A stretch of 64,000 nucleotides of DNA. Source: Geosiphon pyriformis uo1 (Eukaryota > Fungi > Glomeromycota). Below the pieces are notes generated by a model. The model did no database searches and was not told the origin of the DNA. It saw only the letters and a program-made list of their open reading frames with translations. The DNA lies in contig JAAOMT010000135.1 of NCBI GenBank assembly GCA_016748015.1, positions 802,018-866,017 on the forward strand. Direction: 5' to 3'. This document shows positions 12,901-24,878 of the stretch, piece by piece; position 1 is the first letter of the stretch, and every line of letters begins with the position of its first letter. Made by a program: the position numbers and the translations under genes.

Positions 12901-15900
12901 AAGTTACTTTACCAACAGGTGGGTCAAAATCGATGATTTTCGTCGTCCGTCATTCATCACAAATTTCAATTGTCTAATATTTTTCCATTTTCTCTATCAA
13001 GGGCGGCTCTGAAGACGATGGAAAGCATGATCTAAGAGAACCAGAATTTTTTGTTGCTCAGGCTGCTAGTTCCAACAAAAGTAAATACTTTCCCGCATTA
13101 AGCGAAGCTGAACGTCGAATTTCTTTCTTCGCCCAGAGTTTATCAACCCCGATCCCTGAACCTCTCCCCATTCCCAGCATGCCCACTTTTACGGTATTGA
13201 CTCCCCATTATTCTGAAAAGATTCTTCTATCATTACGTGAAATCATTCGAGAAGAGGATCAAAATACTCGGGTCACTTTGCTGGAATACCTAAAGCAATT
13301 GCACCCAATCGAATGGGATAATTTCGTCAAGGATACGAAAATTCTCGCCGAAGAACATAGTATGTACCCCGGAACTACTGGTTTCTCGGCATTTCCGAAT
13401 ATTTCAGAAAAGGACATTAAAAGCAAGAAGTTGGACGATTTGCCATTTTACTCTGTTGGTTTCAAATCTTCTGCGCCAGAGTTCACCTTAAGGACACGAA
13501 TATGGGCTTCGCTACGGTCTCAAACCTTATATCGCACGATATCCGGCTTCATGAATTATTCAAAAGCTATCAAACTTTTATATCGTGTCGAGAATCCATC
13601 AGTTGTTTCAAGTTACGCCAATAATCCGGAAAAACTGGAGCGCGAACTGTCTTCAATGGCCCGTCGAAAATTCAAATTTTTGGTCACGATGCAGCGGTAC
13701 AGTAAATTCAACAAGGAAGAACAAGAAAATGCCGAATTCTTGTTACGAGCTTACCCTGATCTTCAAATTGCCTATCTTGAAGAACAAGCACCGGAACAAG
13801 AAGGTCAAGAGAATAAGATATTTTCAGTCTTGATCGATGGTCATTGTGAGGTTCTTCCTGATGGTAAACGGAAACCCAAATATCGGGTTCAATTGCCTGG
13901 AAATCCAATTCTCGGTGACGGCAAATCGGACAATCAAAATCATGCCATCATTTTTTATCGAGGCGAGTATCTTCAACTGGTGGATGCGAATCAGGATAAT
14001 TATCTCGAGGAATGTCTCAAGATTCGAAACATTTTGGGCGAGTTTGAACAATTCGATGCCCCTCAAACTTCTCCCTATTCGCCCGCTTCAGAACCGGTCA
14101 ACAAAAACCCGGTGGCCATTGTGGGTGCTCGTGAATATATCTTTTCGGAGAATTACGGTGTGTTGGGTGACGTGGCCGCTGGCAAAGAACAGACTTTCGG
14201 AACCCTGACGCAACGTATCATGGCAATGATAGGCGGTAAATTACATTATGGTCATCCAGACTTCTTGAATGCTATTTTCATGACGACTCGTGGTGGTATC
14301 TCTAAAGCTCAAAAAGGTTTGCATCTGAATGAAGATATTTATGCGGGAATGAATGCATTCTGTCGTGGTGGACGCATCAAACATACCGAATATTATCAGT
14401 GTGGTAAAGGTCGTGATCTTGGTTTCGGATCAATTCTCCATTTCACCACCAAGATTGGTACCGGTATGGGTGAACAGATGCTCTCCCGTGAATACTATTA
14501 CATCGGCACCCAACTTCCGTTGGACCGTTTCTTGACCTTTTACTATGCACATCCTGGTTTCCATGTGAATAACATATTCATCATCTTATCGGTACAACTG
14601 TTCATGGTTGGTATGATGTTTATTGGAGCTCTGGCCACCTCACTCACCCTCTGTGATTACAATCCTGACCCTCAAGCAAGACGAACCCCAGAAGGCTGTT
14701 ACGATCTCGTACCGGTCTACGACTGGATAAAACGCTCAATCATTTCAATTTTCGTCGTGTTCTTCATTGCTTTCTTGCCCCTCTTTTTACAAGAATCGAC
14801 CGAGAAGGGATTCCTTCGAAGCCTTACACGATTAGGGAAACATTTTATGTCACTCTCTCCATTCTTTGAAGTCTTTACCACGCAGATCTACGCCAATGCT
14901 ATCATGACCAATCTAAGTTTTGGTGGTGCTCGATACATCGCCACCGGTCGTGGATTTGCTACCGCTCGTATCCCATTCTCCATCTTGTATTCCCGTTTCG
15001 CCGGCCCGAGCATCTACTTTGGAATGCGGATCTTGCTAATTCTGCTCTTTGTCACCATGACCATGTGGATACCGCATCTCATCTACTTTTGGGTTTCTGT
15101 AATTGCTTTGTGCATCTCACCTTTCCTCTTCAACCCACATCAATTCTCCTTCACCGACTTCATCATCGACTATCGAGAATTTCTGCGATGGATGTCACGT
15201 GGTAACTCCAAAACGCATGCGAATTCTTGGATAGCGTATTGTCGGGTTTCAAGAACAATGATCACTGGTTATAAACGCAAAAGATTAGGACATCCTTCAG
15301 AGAAACTGGTTGGGGATGTATCTCGACCAAGTTTCGCGGTTATCTTCGTATCTGAAATTTTATGGCCATTCTTCACCGCCGTGCTTTGTGTGATTGCCTT
15401 CATGTTCATTAAAAGTTTTGATCAACAGACACTGAACACTCCTAAAAAGGGCACAAGTGCTCTCATTCGTGTGGTCGTGATTGCCCTGGCTCCCATGTTT
15501 TTAAATGCGGTGATGCTGGCCAGTTTATTCCTCATTTCTGTATGCATGGGCCCTGTTTTCAATGGTTGTTGCGGTAGCAAATTCGGGGCGATAACCGCCG
15601 GCATTGCTCATTCGTGGGCTGTTGTCAATTTAATCGGCGCTTTCGAGGGATTATGGTATATCGAATCGTGGAAACTTAATCATGCAGTCCTAGGTATTAT
15701 TGCTACAACAGCTATTCAGAGATTTGTCTTCAAGGTGTTGATTACTTTGTTTTTGTCACGTGAATTCAAACATGATGAAACGAATCGAGCGTGGTGGACC
15801 GGTTCTTGGACTGGTCGAACTCTGGGTAAATCTGCGATCGTTCAACCATTCAGAGAGTATATATGTAAAATAGTGGAAATGGGTTTATTTGCCGCGGATT

Positions 15901-16169
15901 TTATTCTTGGGCACATTATATTATTCATGCTGGCACCTCTCTTACTGATTCCTGGTATAGACAAGATCCACTCGACAATGTTATTTTGGTTGAGACCTAG
16001 CAAACAGATTCGTTCTCCGATATTCTCGATAAAGGAACGTTCGCGACGGAAGCGTATAGTTTGGACTTATGGGTTAATATTTTTGGGTATGATTGCTATT
16101 TTCGTTGGGTTAATAGCTGGGCCATTGATGGTTGGCTCGAAGGTCAAGAAAATTAATGTACCAATATGA
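9955..16169 (+). CDS. FKS1: 1,3-beta-D-glucan synthase catalytic subunit (GT48)
   Basis: Exons 9955-10639, 10724-12918, 13002-16169. Motifs [91 protein letters not shown]; hot spots FLSLSFKDP and DWIKRSII. Confidence 0.98.
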
Positions 16170-17191
16170 ATTTAAAGGAACAATAGGCTAATTAAGTAGT
16201 CAAATTTGGATTTTTTACCGATTCAAAGAACGTTGGACAATAATTTCATACGTCTTTTTCGGTCTTTTTTATTAATCACAGTCTAGTAGAATATGATTGA
16301 TTTTTTTTTTTTGGGGGGGGGGGTCAAAAATGACACTTTTGATTTGACAAATTTCGTCTCTGTAATAATGTTTTCATCCCAACCTTTTTCCCATTCCCCT
16401 TGTTTTTGGTAATTGATTACTCTTAGAAATTCTAGTTATCATTTTAATATTTTTGTTTTTTGTTTTTTTGATCGCCAAATTTGGAAATTGTACGAATTTA
16501 TTTTCTATATAATATTTAAATTATTTTTTAATCTCGTCAGATTTTGAAAAAGTTCACCAAATAAAATGCTTTGGTTCCTTTCATTTTTATATTGTGGTTG
16601 TTTTCTCTTTTTAATAATTAGTTTGATGATGGCATTTAACCAAAGTCAGAGTGAACCATTAAGAATCAATTGTTTTCTTATGAATTTCAAAACTTGAAAG
16701 TTTCTTTGGTCACTTCCCTTAATAAGAAAGATTTTCTCATATGGCCTTAGGGGAGATAGCACGTGAATCCAATTTCAAAATGAGTCTGACGATCAAGACA
16801 CCATTACCTTTACCAAAAGAGAAATCTTGCAAACAGGTTCTCGGTTGGACATCTCTCAACCAATCATTGGGTAGACTCACATGCTGCTAATGTGACGATA
16901 ACCGTTGTATTTTTTCCAGGTGATCGGTTCTAATACATCTTAAATTAGTATGCCATCTTTGGCCAAGCTGTACGACTGTGTGTAAGGATTAAATCAAATT
17001 AGCATCAACGGTCCTAGGCAAGATTTAGCCATTGATACACCAACACCTGATAAAGATTCAAGCTCTATGCATTTAAAAGAGTATTACGGTAGAATATTAT
17101 TCAACTTCCATAACACCCATACAGCCCAAGTTTTGCGCGTAAAAGCAAACTTCAAATCAACTTCAACAGTTTGTTTTCACACCTTTTTCAA

Positions 17192-20100
17192 ATGTCGTTA
17201 CTCAATGATCCCGAGTAAGTTTTGTGATAAAGACTAGCAATGGAAGGGAGAACTGTGTATACGGTGTCATTTCCTTATAGTCGTTCCTCTTCCTTCCGCA
17301 CATAACGATCAAGCCGGAAAGAAGGCTGATTTTTTCTTGGTTTTCTAGGTACCTCGTCCATAACCTCCGAATCGGATATTTAAGACGGGTAGACGACCCG
17401 TATGCCACACAAATCATAAGTTTTTCACCAACGGTTTTATCAAATGACTACATCAAGATAGCAGCGTCGTCGTACCCAGAAATGCAAGAGTGTCATTCCC
17501 CGAACACGAGTATGCTCTTGTCGAGCTCTGGAGATTATTTTGACTTACGACCTTCTGGTAACGGTGCTGGTGTTTCTCCTATCTCTACCATCAACAGTGC
17601 TGGCGGAAAACGCACTAGAGGCTTAACCAACCAAAATAATCAAAACGGTTCAAGAGGACGAAGGAGTGATCCATTATCCGGGCAGAATACGCGTGACTCC
17701 GATGGCAGTAGAACGGTTAATGGGGAGACTGCAGATAGTGATGATGGAACAGATCCGGAAGTGGAAGATAACAAGTAAGTAAGGGAATAGTGGTGATCTC
17801 TAGCATATTTCGAACATGTCTCGAATGGGCTCCTATCTGATCTAATAAGATCTGTGATCAAACATTCTATTGTTGTAGATACATCATCTTTTTGATTTCC
17901 TCTGTTAAATCTTCGTCTCATGATCTTGTTATCTTTTTAGCAGACCACATCGTCACTCTTTCGCCAAACTCAATATCACGCATCCACCGACCAAAACACC
18001 GCCTCCTGTAGTCATAACATCTCCTTCAAAACCACCCAGGTCACGTCCTACATCGCGTAATCCTCACCTGGTTGGAATCTCATACTCACCGCCGTTGGCT
18101 GCTCTAAAAACATCACCCGACAGTATAATTGGCTTATCATCAACCGAACAAACTCCGATACTCTCACCCAACTCCTCACCAGAACTTGATAAGGAAATCA
18201 TCAATGATAGGCGTGGCTCCGAAGCATCAATGCTGACGGCGGATGAGGGGATAGAATTGCCACCTGATACTCCACCACCCCGGGCGAAATTATCCGAAGT
18301 GGAAGAAAAAGAATTCATCCCAGAAGCACCAAAATTTATTCGTAGGCCGAAAGCATTTTCGGCTCTTTCGACTCTGATTGAAAATCAAAAAACTAAATCG
18401 CGTAATCCATTTAGCGAGGATTATAGCTTTTTTGCTGGTAAAGGTGAATTAAATCCGATGAAGCTCAAGATATTCTTCCCGTTCAGCTCTGAGCCACTAC
18501 GCCCGCTTGTTCTTACGGTAAAACGCGAGGCCACCGTCGAAGAAGTAATTGGTTATGCACTTTATCAGTATTGGGAAGAAAAACGGGAACCGACGCTTGA
18601 TGAACGAGTATGTAGTGTCGTTCACTGGAACATGAAAATAGTGGAAGATGACGGAGAAATCGATGAGGATTTTCCAGGTAAATTGATGATCGAATCTTGC
18701 TTATAGAAGGAAATCTTTTAAATCCCATCTTTACGTTTCGAGTGTTCCCTTTGTCAATTCACATTTCTGCACGATAATGGTCGATTTTCATTTCCCCACA
18801 GCTTTGGACAGAACCAGTAAAATCTCCAAATTTCTTTTCAATCAATATGGCTTATGTGAAGCTCCTCCAGATCAAGGCAAGCCTTTCTTACTTTTATTAT
18901 TATCAATATTATAGATTGATCATCTTATCTTCATTCGGAAATACTAGTCATATCAAATCAACAGCTTCAAAAAACGAGGCTTCCGCCAAAAGAAGTCTTG
19001 TCTACGCCACCTGTTTCAAAACCCAATAGGGATACGTCTGTACCTGTTTCGACAAAAACCGACACGATAGTCAACACAAACGGAATCATACCAATTGTGG
19101 CTGCTCCAGCCCCAGTGGATCTCAGCAACCAGGTTTTTCTTCGAGTACGGTTGACTCCGTATTCAGATTCCGAGGTTGCTCATACCACTACGATAAACGT
19201 CATGGGTGAACAACGCCTGTATGATGTCCTTGAGAATGTCTGTCGAAAACGCAAATTGGCTAGCAAAGAATATACCTTTAAGGGTACAGAAAAAAATCTA
19301 TACTTGGATTTGGAAAAGACGGTCGATAGTTTAGGAGTTAATCCCGAGCTTGCACTAGTTAAGAAACCACCGAATGGTAAGTCTATATATGCCATCCGTT
19401 TCTAAAGAGCATCAGACATTCGTCGAAACAGAAATCAAAAGAAACATTCCATGTTACCATGACTTTTATTTAGATTTCTCTAATAAAGAATTTTAATCAT
19501 TATATTTTGCAGGTTTTCGGATGCCCTCAAAACAATCGCGAAAGACATTAGAAGAACCGATCTATGTATCTTCTACTGAGTACATGTCGGTTTATCAAGT
19601 AAGAAAATGGCTGATCTAATAATATCTAATTGCCTAATCATCTCACTTGCCAAGTGACTAAAATCCGTACCACCCAATTATACTTGACAGAAATATACGG
19701 TAAATCGTAAGATGCCAATGTTTGTGGGCCGACATGAGCGATCACTTGCAATCGATGGTGATTACATCCACATAATGCCGTCCGAGTCGCGAACCATGTT
19801 CGACTCAATGAAGACGGTAGGCCTACCCCTAAATTTTGGGTTCGCTGTTGTCTACTGATGTTGATTACCGTGGCCCCTGGGGCATTTGTGATTAGAAATT
19901 CGTCAATTCACAAAGGTTTTGCTTTATTCAAAACCAGTCCTCATATCACATCTCATCGGTTGCCTCGTGCAAGCTAACTAAGAAAGTTCCAACTAATTTC
20001 AAGTTGATTATTTACCGAGATTCCGGGAATAAAACTTATGATTTTGAAGCCGCAGACTCGAAACAAGCTGGTATCTATCCGATCTTATTTCATCAAGTGA

Positions 20101-20220
20101 GATTCATCAATACACAAATTTTTATTAATTTTTATCAATATTGCTCCAGCTGAAATTTGCACCAAAGTAAAATTTCTAATGGGCCTTTACAAAGGCGAAC
20201 AGAACAAAACGCGATCATAA
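17192..20220 (+). CDS. SIN1: TORC2 subunit Sin1/Avo1 (CRIM, RBD and PH domains)
   Basis: Spliced start MSLLNDPE|YLVHNLRIGYLRRVDD; CRIM region ATVEEVIGYALYQY...IVEDDGEIDEDFPALDR; RBD VLENVCRKRKL; PH KYTVNRKMPMFVGRHERSLAIDGDYIHIMP...YDFEA; stop at 20218-20220. One GC-AG intron (18877-18947). Confidence 0.93.
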
Positions 20221-20691
20221 TTCTTACCATAATATCTCCTTCATTTTCTTCTTTCGATTGTACCCTATCCATCTTCCTCCCTCCTGTAACTTATTGACCC
20301 TAAATATAACTAACCTCCCTTGTACAGTTTTTTTCTTTGCGTGTACCTGTAAATAAAAGTAAATAAAATCTTTAAAGAAATTTAAAGCTTTGTACGGCAA
20401 CTTTTTGACAAGAACGATTTAACTTTTTTCCCAGTTACGAATACCGCTGACAAAAATAAATTTCATCCACTGTAAATTATGATTTTTTCTATATATTATT
20501 GGGGCAAAGAAGTATTGGTCATTTCCTTTCGTCTTAAGATGGGTCAGAACCTCGAAAATGATTATGAATTCATCATTCTGATTGGGTGAGAATACGTTCT
20601 CCGATAGTAGTGGATGATTTATTGAACTTTCAAAGTCATTGATCCTAAATAAATAGGAGTTGGGTTTAAAACTATCTTCACCAGAAGAACA

Positions 20692-21996
20692 ATGCAAAAC
20701 TACGTGTTCAACCAGTCAACACGTCCCGGACGTCCTGAACGTATAGAACGTGGTGGTGACCGGCAGAACCGGCTAGATCGTCAAGAAATTATAAAAGAAG
20801 CGGAGCAAGGCCCAATAACTGAGTTGGCTCCACGAGAGGATTTCCTTATCCTGAAATCCGGTTATCTCACGATCCTTGAGTTGCGACCTCTATTTCGGGG
20901 CTTTGACCTTCGGTGCATCATACTTGAGCAATGTAAGCCTTGAACGTAAACAAATCAGCCTTTGAAAATTTGTGAGTCGAATTTATTGCTCTGGTTTTGA
21001 ATCGATTAAAAGTTAGAACCTTAATTTTTTTGTAATCTTTGCCATTCTTCTGTGTTAGTATCAAAGAGGTGTACCCAAGGAGGCCAAGAAATGTACCATT
21101 TCAGAGTTGCCGATCATACGGCTGTATGTACTCTGGTAGTATGGGAGGAAGGAAGTTGTTTAAAATCGGGAGATGTTCTCAAGATCAATAATGGGAAAGT
21201 AGATGAAATTATTGAGTTGGGTTAGTCTATCGCGTGTTCTAAATCTTTAATTCTTTTTCAGGGAGGTAAGGCTTTACAACGGAAAATTAGAATTAACGCC
21301 GGTGAAGAATGTTGGGAAAGTTCGACGATATGATCAGTAAGTTTTCATATACAAAAATGTCTGCCATATTATTTTAATTTTTATTGCAGCTATTTCCGTT
21401 TTAATCATTAATTATTATTCAGGTATTGTTTGAAATTTGTGGAAAATGAAAAACCTAACCTTTCGATGTTCAATTGGATAAAGGATGTAAAGGATGAAAC
21501 GGATAAGAATTTTGTAAGTACCATATACTTCTAGTACTGGATAATTGAATATAACCAATTTCAAGGTTTATTTTTATTAAAGATAGCAGTGTATGGTCCC
21601 AACATGACACCTTTTTTTCCTAAAGATCGTGAAGCTAGACAGCAAGTGCCGCTTCCATCTTTTTCGACATCACAACGAACACCTGGTGCAATGCAACCAC
21701 AGCGACAAGCACCTATAGGCTCGACACATCAACTAATTCATGAAGCTCGTCCTCGTCCGCCATTACGTCAAGGATCGTCTCGTCGAGACTCCTATCGCGG
21801 GAATAATGATCGGTCTAGAGGCGATCATGATTATGATCGCAGAGATTTTGATCGTAGTTCAGGGCGTGACTTTGAACGAAAGAGTTTCGTTCATCGAGAC
21901 CTGGATAAACCTGAGGAAGATGATGGAATGCAATTTGGAAGTTCCTCAGGCAACATGAGAAACCAACAAAGTAGGAAGAAGCAGAGGTTTGAATAA
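20692..21996 (+). CDS. SOSS complex subunit B / SSB1(NABP)-like OB-fold ssDNA-binding protein with a disordered R/D-rich tail
   Basis: Exons 20692-20932, 21059-21194, 21262-21336, 21423-21513, 21583-21996 give FDLRCIILE...FRVADHTAVCTLVVWE.G..LKSGDVLKINNGEVRLYNGKLEL...YCLKFVE..PNLS, collinear with SSB1/NABP OB folds. This model needs a non-canonical donor at 21195. Confidence 0.75.
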
Positions 21997-22576
21997 TCTG
22001 CAAGGTATTCCCCTTTTGCCATAGTATTCGAAATTAGAGTTTCTTTTCAAATCTAATCAATTCTCTATTTACAAAACTGCTTCTTTGCAGGATTTCAGAT
22101 ATTAAAAGATAATACCAGTATCAAATAGGGTAGATTAGATACGGGCGAATAAATTTTGCTAATAGCAGTTTAAAGTTATTTATGTCTTGTAATATTTTTT
22201 CTATAGATATGTAAGTCAGCATTATTTCCATATTAAAATCACGACGAATTGGTTTTCCATCTTTATCCCATTTAGCTAATGAAATTCCCTTCCAAAATAT
22301 AAATGCATATGGTCCTTGAAGAATCGGTTGGCTTCCATTTAATTCATTAAATGAATCGAGTATTGTTTTAGGGAATTGTCCCTTTTCTTCAATTACTAAG
22401 GTGGCGTTAGTGGCTCTATTTTATTTACTTTTGTAGTTGAGGTGGCGGTGGTGTTCCGTTTTGAGAAATGAGGCTTGACTCTTGGATAAGCAATAAGCAT
22501 ATGATATTATGCACATATCAGGGGTGACTCTTACTATTCTTGAAAATATCAGAATTTCAATCGGCACCCCTTTCCA

Positions 22577-24518
22577 ATGGCCGACAAGAAAAAACGTCTC
22601 GTTTTCTCTATATTGCAATTCTTAGAAAGCTCTATCAAAGACGGCACAATAAAACAAGACGATGTAGAGGGCATTGAAGTTGCTGGTTTGGTTTCACCAT
22701 CCGTTCAGAAAGGTTGGCTCATTTAAGTGTTAGCTCAGACTTGTCCCTTTGCATAGTACAATGCATCGGGGAGGCCTTCGGGGTGGATCCACAAGATCCT
22801 GAACAAAAATCTTTATATTCAACGAAACATGCTTTACCAATTATCTTCAACATGGCGGTTGAGGCTGAAGAAAGATTATCGAAAAAGACTGGTCCGGTAT
22901 CGTATTTCCCTATTATGGGTGATTTGATTTGTTGAAAAAATGTTGAACAATTACTTTATATCATAAGAGCGGCACTTTCAGAGCTGTTCCCGTTTCTGGT
23001 ATCAAACCTTTATATTTATTTATAATCATAAGCTAATCATTCAAAGTTTTCCAATATTTAACAATTGCAATTATTCTTTTTACTTTCAATCTAGCAAAAA
23101 CTGAACCTGAGAAAAAGGTATTTGAATTCATTAACCTATATATCTCTTTTATTTTGATTTTAAAGATTAAATCTTACTTCGTCCCCATTTATAGCCAAAT
23201 GAATTAACTGAAGAAGAAAAGAAAAAGTCAGAAGATTTAAAAGCGGCCGGTAAGACTCATTTGAATGAATTTGATAATTTTTTATATTTCTTCACTTTAA
23301 TTATATTTTTACAAACAGGTAATCGAAAAGTGGCCGAGAGAGATTATGCAGAAGCTGTAAAATTATATGGTGAAGCGATAGTTATAAATCCAAATAATGC
23401 AGTTTATTATGCTAATAGGTATTTATCGCTTAGAAATTATTGTATATACTTTATTAAGTGTAGCCTCATCAAAATACAACTATGGAAAACGGAACAAAAT
23501 TTTATTCATCTATCATAAAGGGGTTACTCAGCCCAAAGGCGAAGTGCGACTAGTCACCCGGAACGCTTAAGTTGACTCTTGATAGATAATACTGATCTTT
23601 TGCCCCATCAACCTTATATTCTTTAACCTTTAGAGCTGCTGCATATAGCCAAATGGGACAGCATGAGAAAGCCATCGATGATGCCACAAAATCCACTCAA
23701 ATTGATCCTTCTTATAGTAAGGCTTACAGCAGGCTTGGGTAAGCTTACAAATTATTATTATTATTTTTTAAACAAGATTTCTTAATAAACTCATCACATC
23801 TTGACAATTCAAAAAGTCACGCGTACTACTCCATAAATAAATATCAAGAAGCGGTAGAGGCCTACGAAAAAGGCCTATCACTTGACCCAAACAATACAAT
23901 TTTGAAAAATGCCCTTGCGGCTGCAGAAAAACAAGTTAGTGAGATTAAAAAGGATCAGGGCCCTAACAGAACACCTTCAGATCATAGCTCGCCCACCGCT
24001 CCTGGTGGTGGTCTTCCTGAAGGGCTTGCGGGGCTTGCAGGCTTAGGAGGTGGAGCTTCTGGCGGCGGGATCGATTTTTCTTCTTTGATGAATAACCCAC
24101 AATTGATGAGTATGGCGAGCCAAATGATGCAATCCGGAGCCTTTAATGATCTTCTGAATAATCCTAACCTTGCGCAGATGTTTGTATAACATTTCTTTTT
24201 TTTTTCATCTTAAATGATGCTGAATTTTTCGTAACAATTTTATGATAGGGCGAATAACATGATGCGTAGTGGTCAGCCACCAAATATACAAGAAGCGATG
24301 AATAATCCAGAGTTAATGAATATGTAAGTATATTAAAAAATTCGGGCTTGCTGAAACGGTTTTTAACACCTTTAATAAACTGGCTTGTTGACTTTCAAAG
24401 GGCTCGTCAATTCGCCAATAATAGGCCTAATGCAGATGCACCGGGACAACCCTCAGCCACTAATGATCCTCAAGATGAGGATGAAACCGCATCTTCTAAC
24501 GGCAAGGACAGTAGTTAG
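22577..24518 (+). CDS. SGT2: Small glutamine-rich TPR co-chaperone Sgt2/SGTA (GET pathway)
   Basis: N-terminal dimerisation domain MADKKKRLVFSILQFL...EGIEVAVQCIGEAFGV; TPRs SEDLKAAGN...AVYYANRAAAYSQ...YSKAYSRLGHAY; STI1-like C-terminus LMNNPQLMSMASQMM. Multiple short introns; stop TAG at 24516-24518. Confidence 0.93.
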
Positions 24519-24878
24519 CTTATCTCATTCAATAAATAATTTAAGACTCCTTGATATAATAGATGCTATCCCAATTTCAATGAAAGATTTTTGAGCAGAG
24601 AGCCTTTCTTTTAGGCTGATATTGGAGACAACTTGCATGATATTTGGGGCGATAGTATTTAACCATTTTCCGCGTTTTATATCCGAAACAGGATATAGAT
24701 TTATTCAAGACATATATTAAAATCCCGCCCTTTTTCACGCTTCCGTGCAACCTATATCATTTAATTCTATTGAGGAGTTTCCTCGTTTTAAAGTTGTCTG
24801 AATAAACTTACAAAATATCTTTTGTGCTATGAATTTATTTTACCTCTTAGATTAAATACTTTAAGCCTATAGAATATT

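Noticed and set aside
23520-23575. HDV-like, hammerhead or twister ribozyme, or TPP riboswitch, in the SGT2 intron
   Set aside because: Required conserved core nucleotides were not found; kept only as a generic hairpin.
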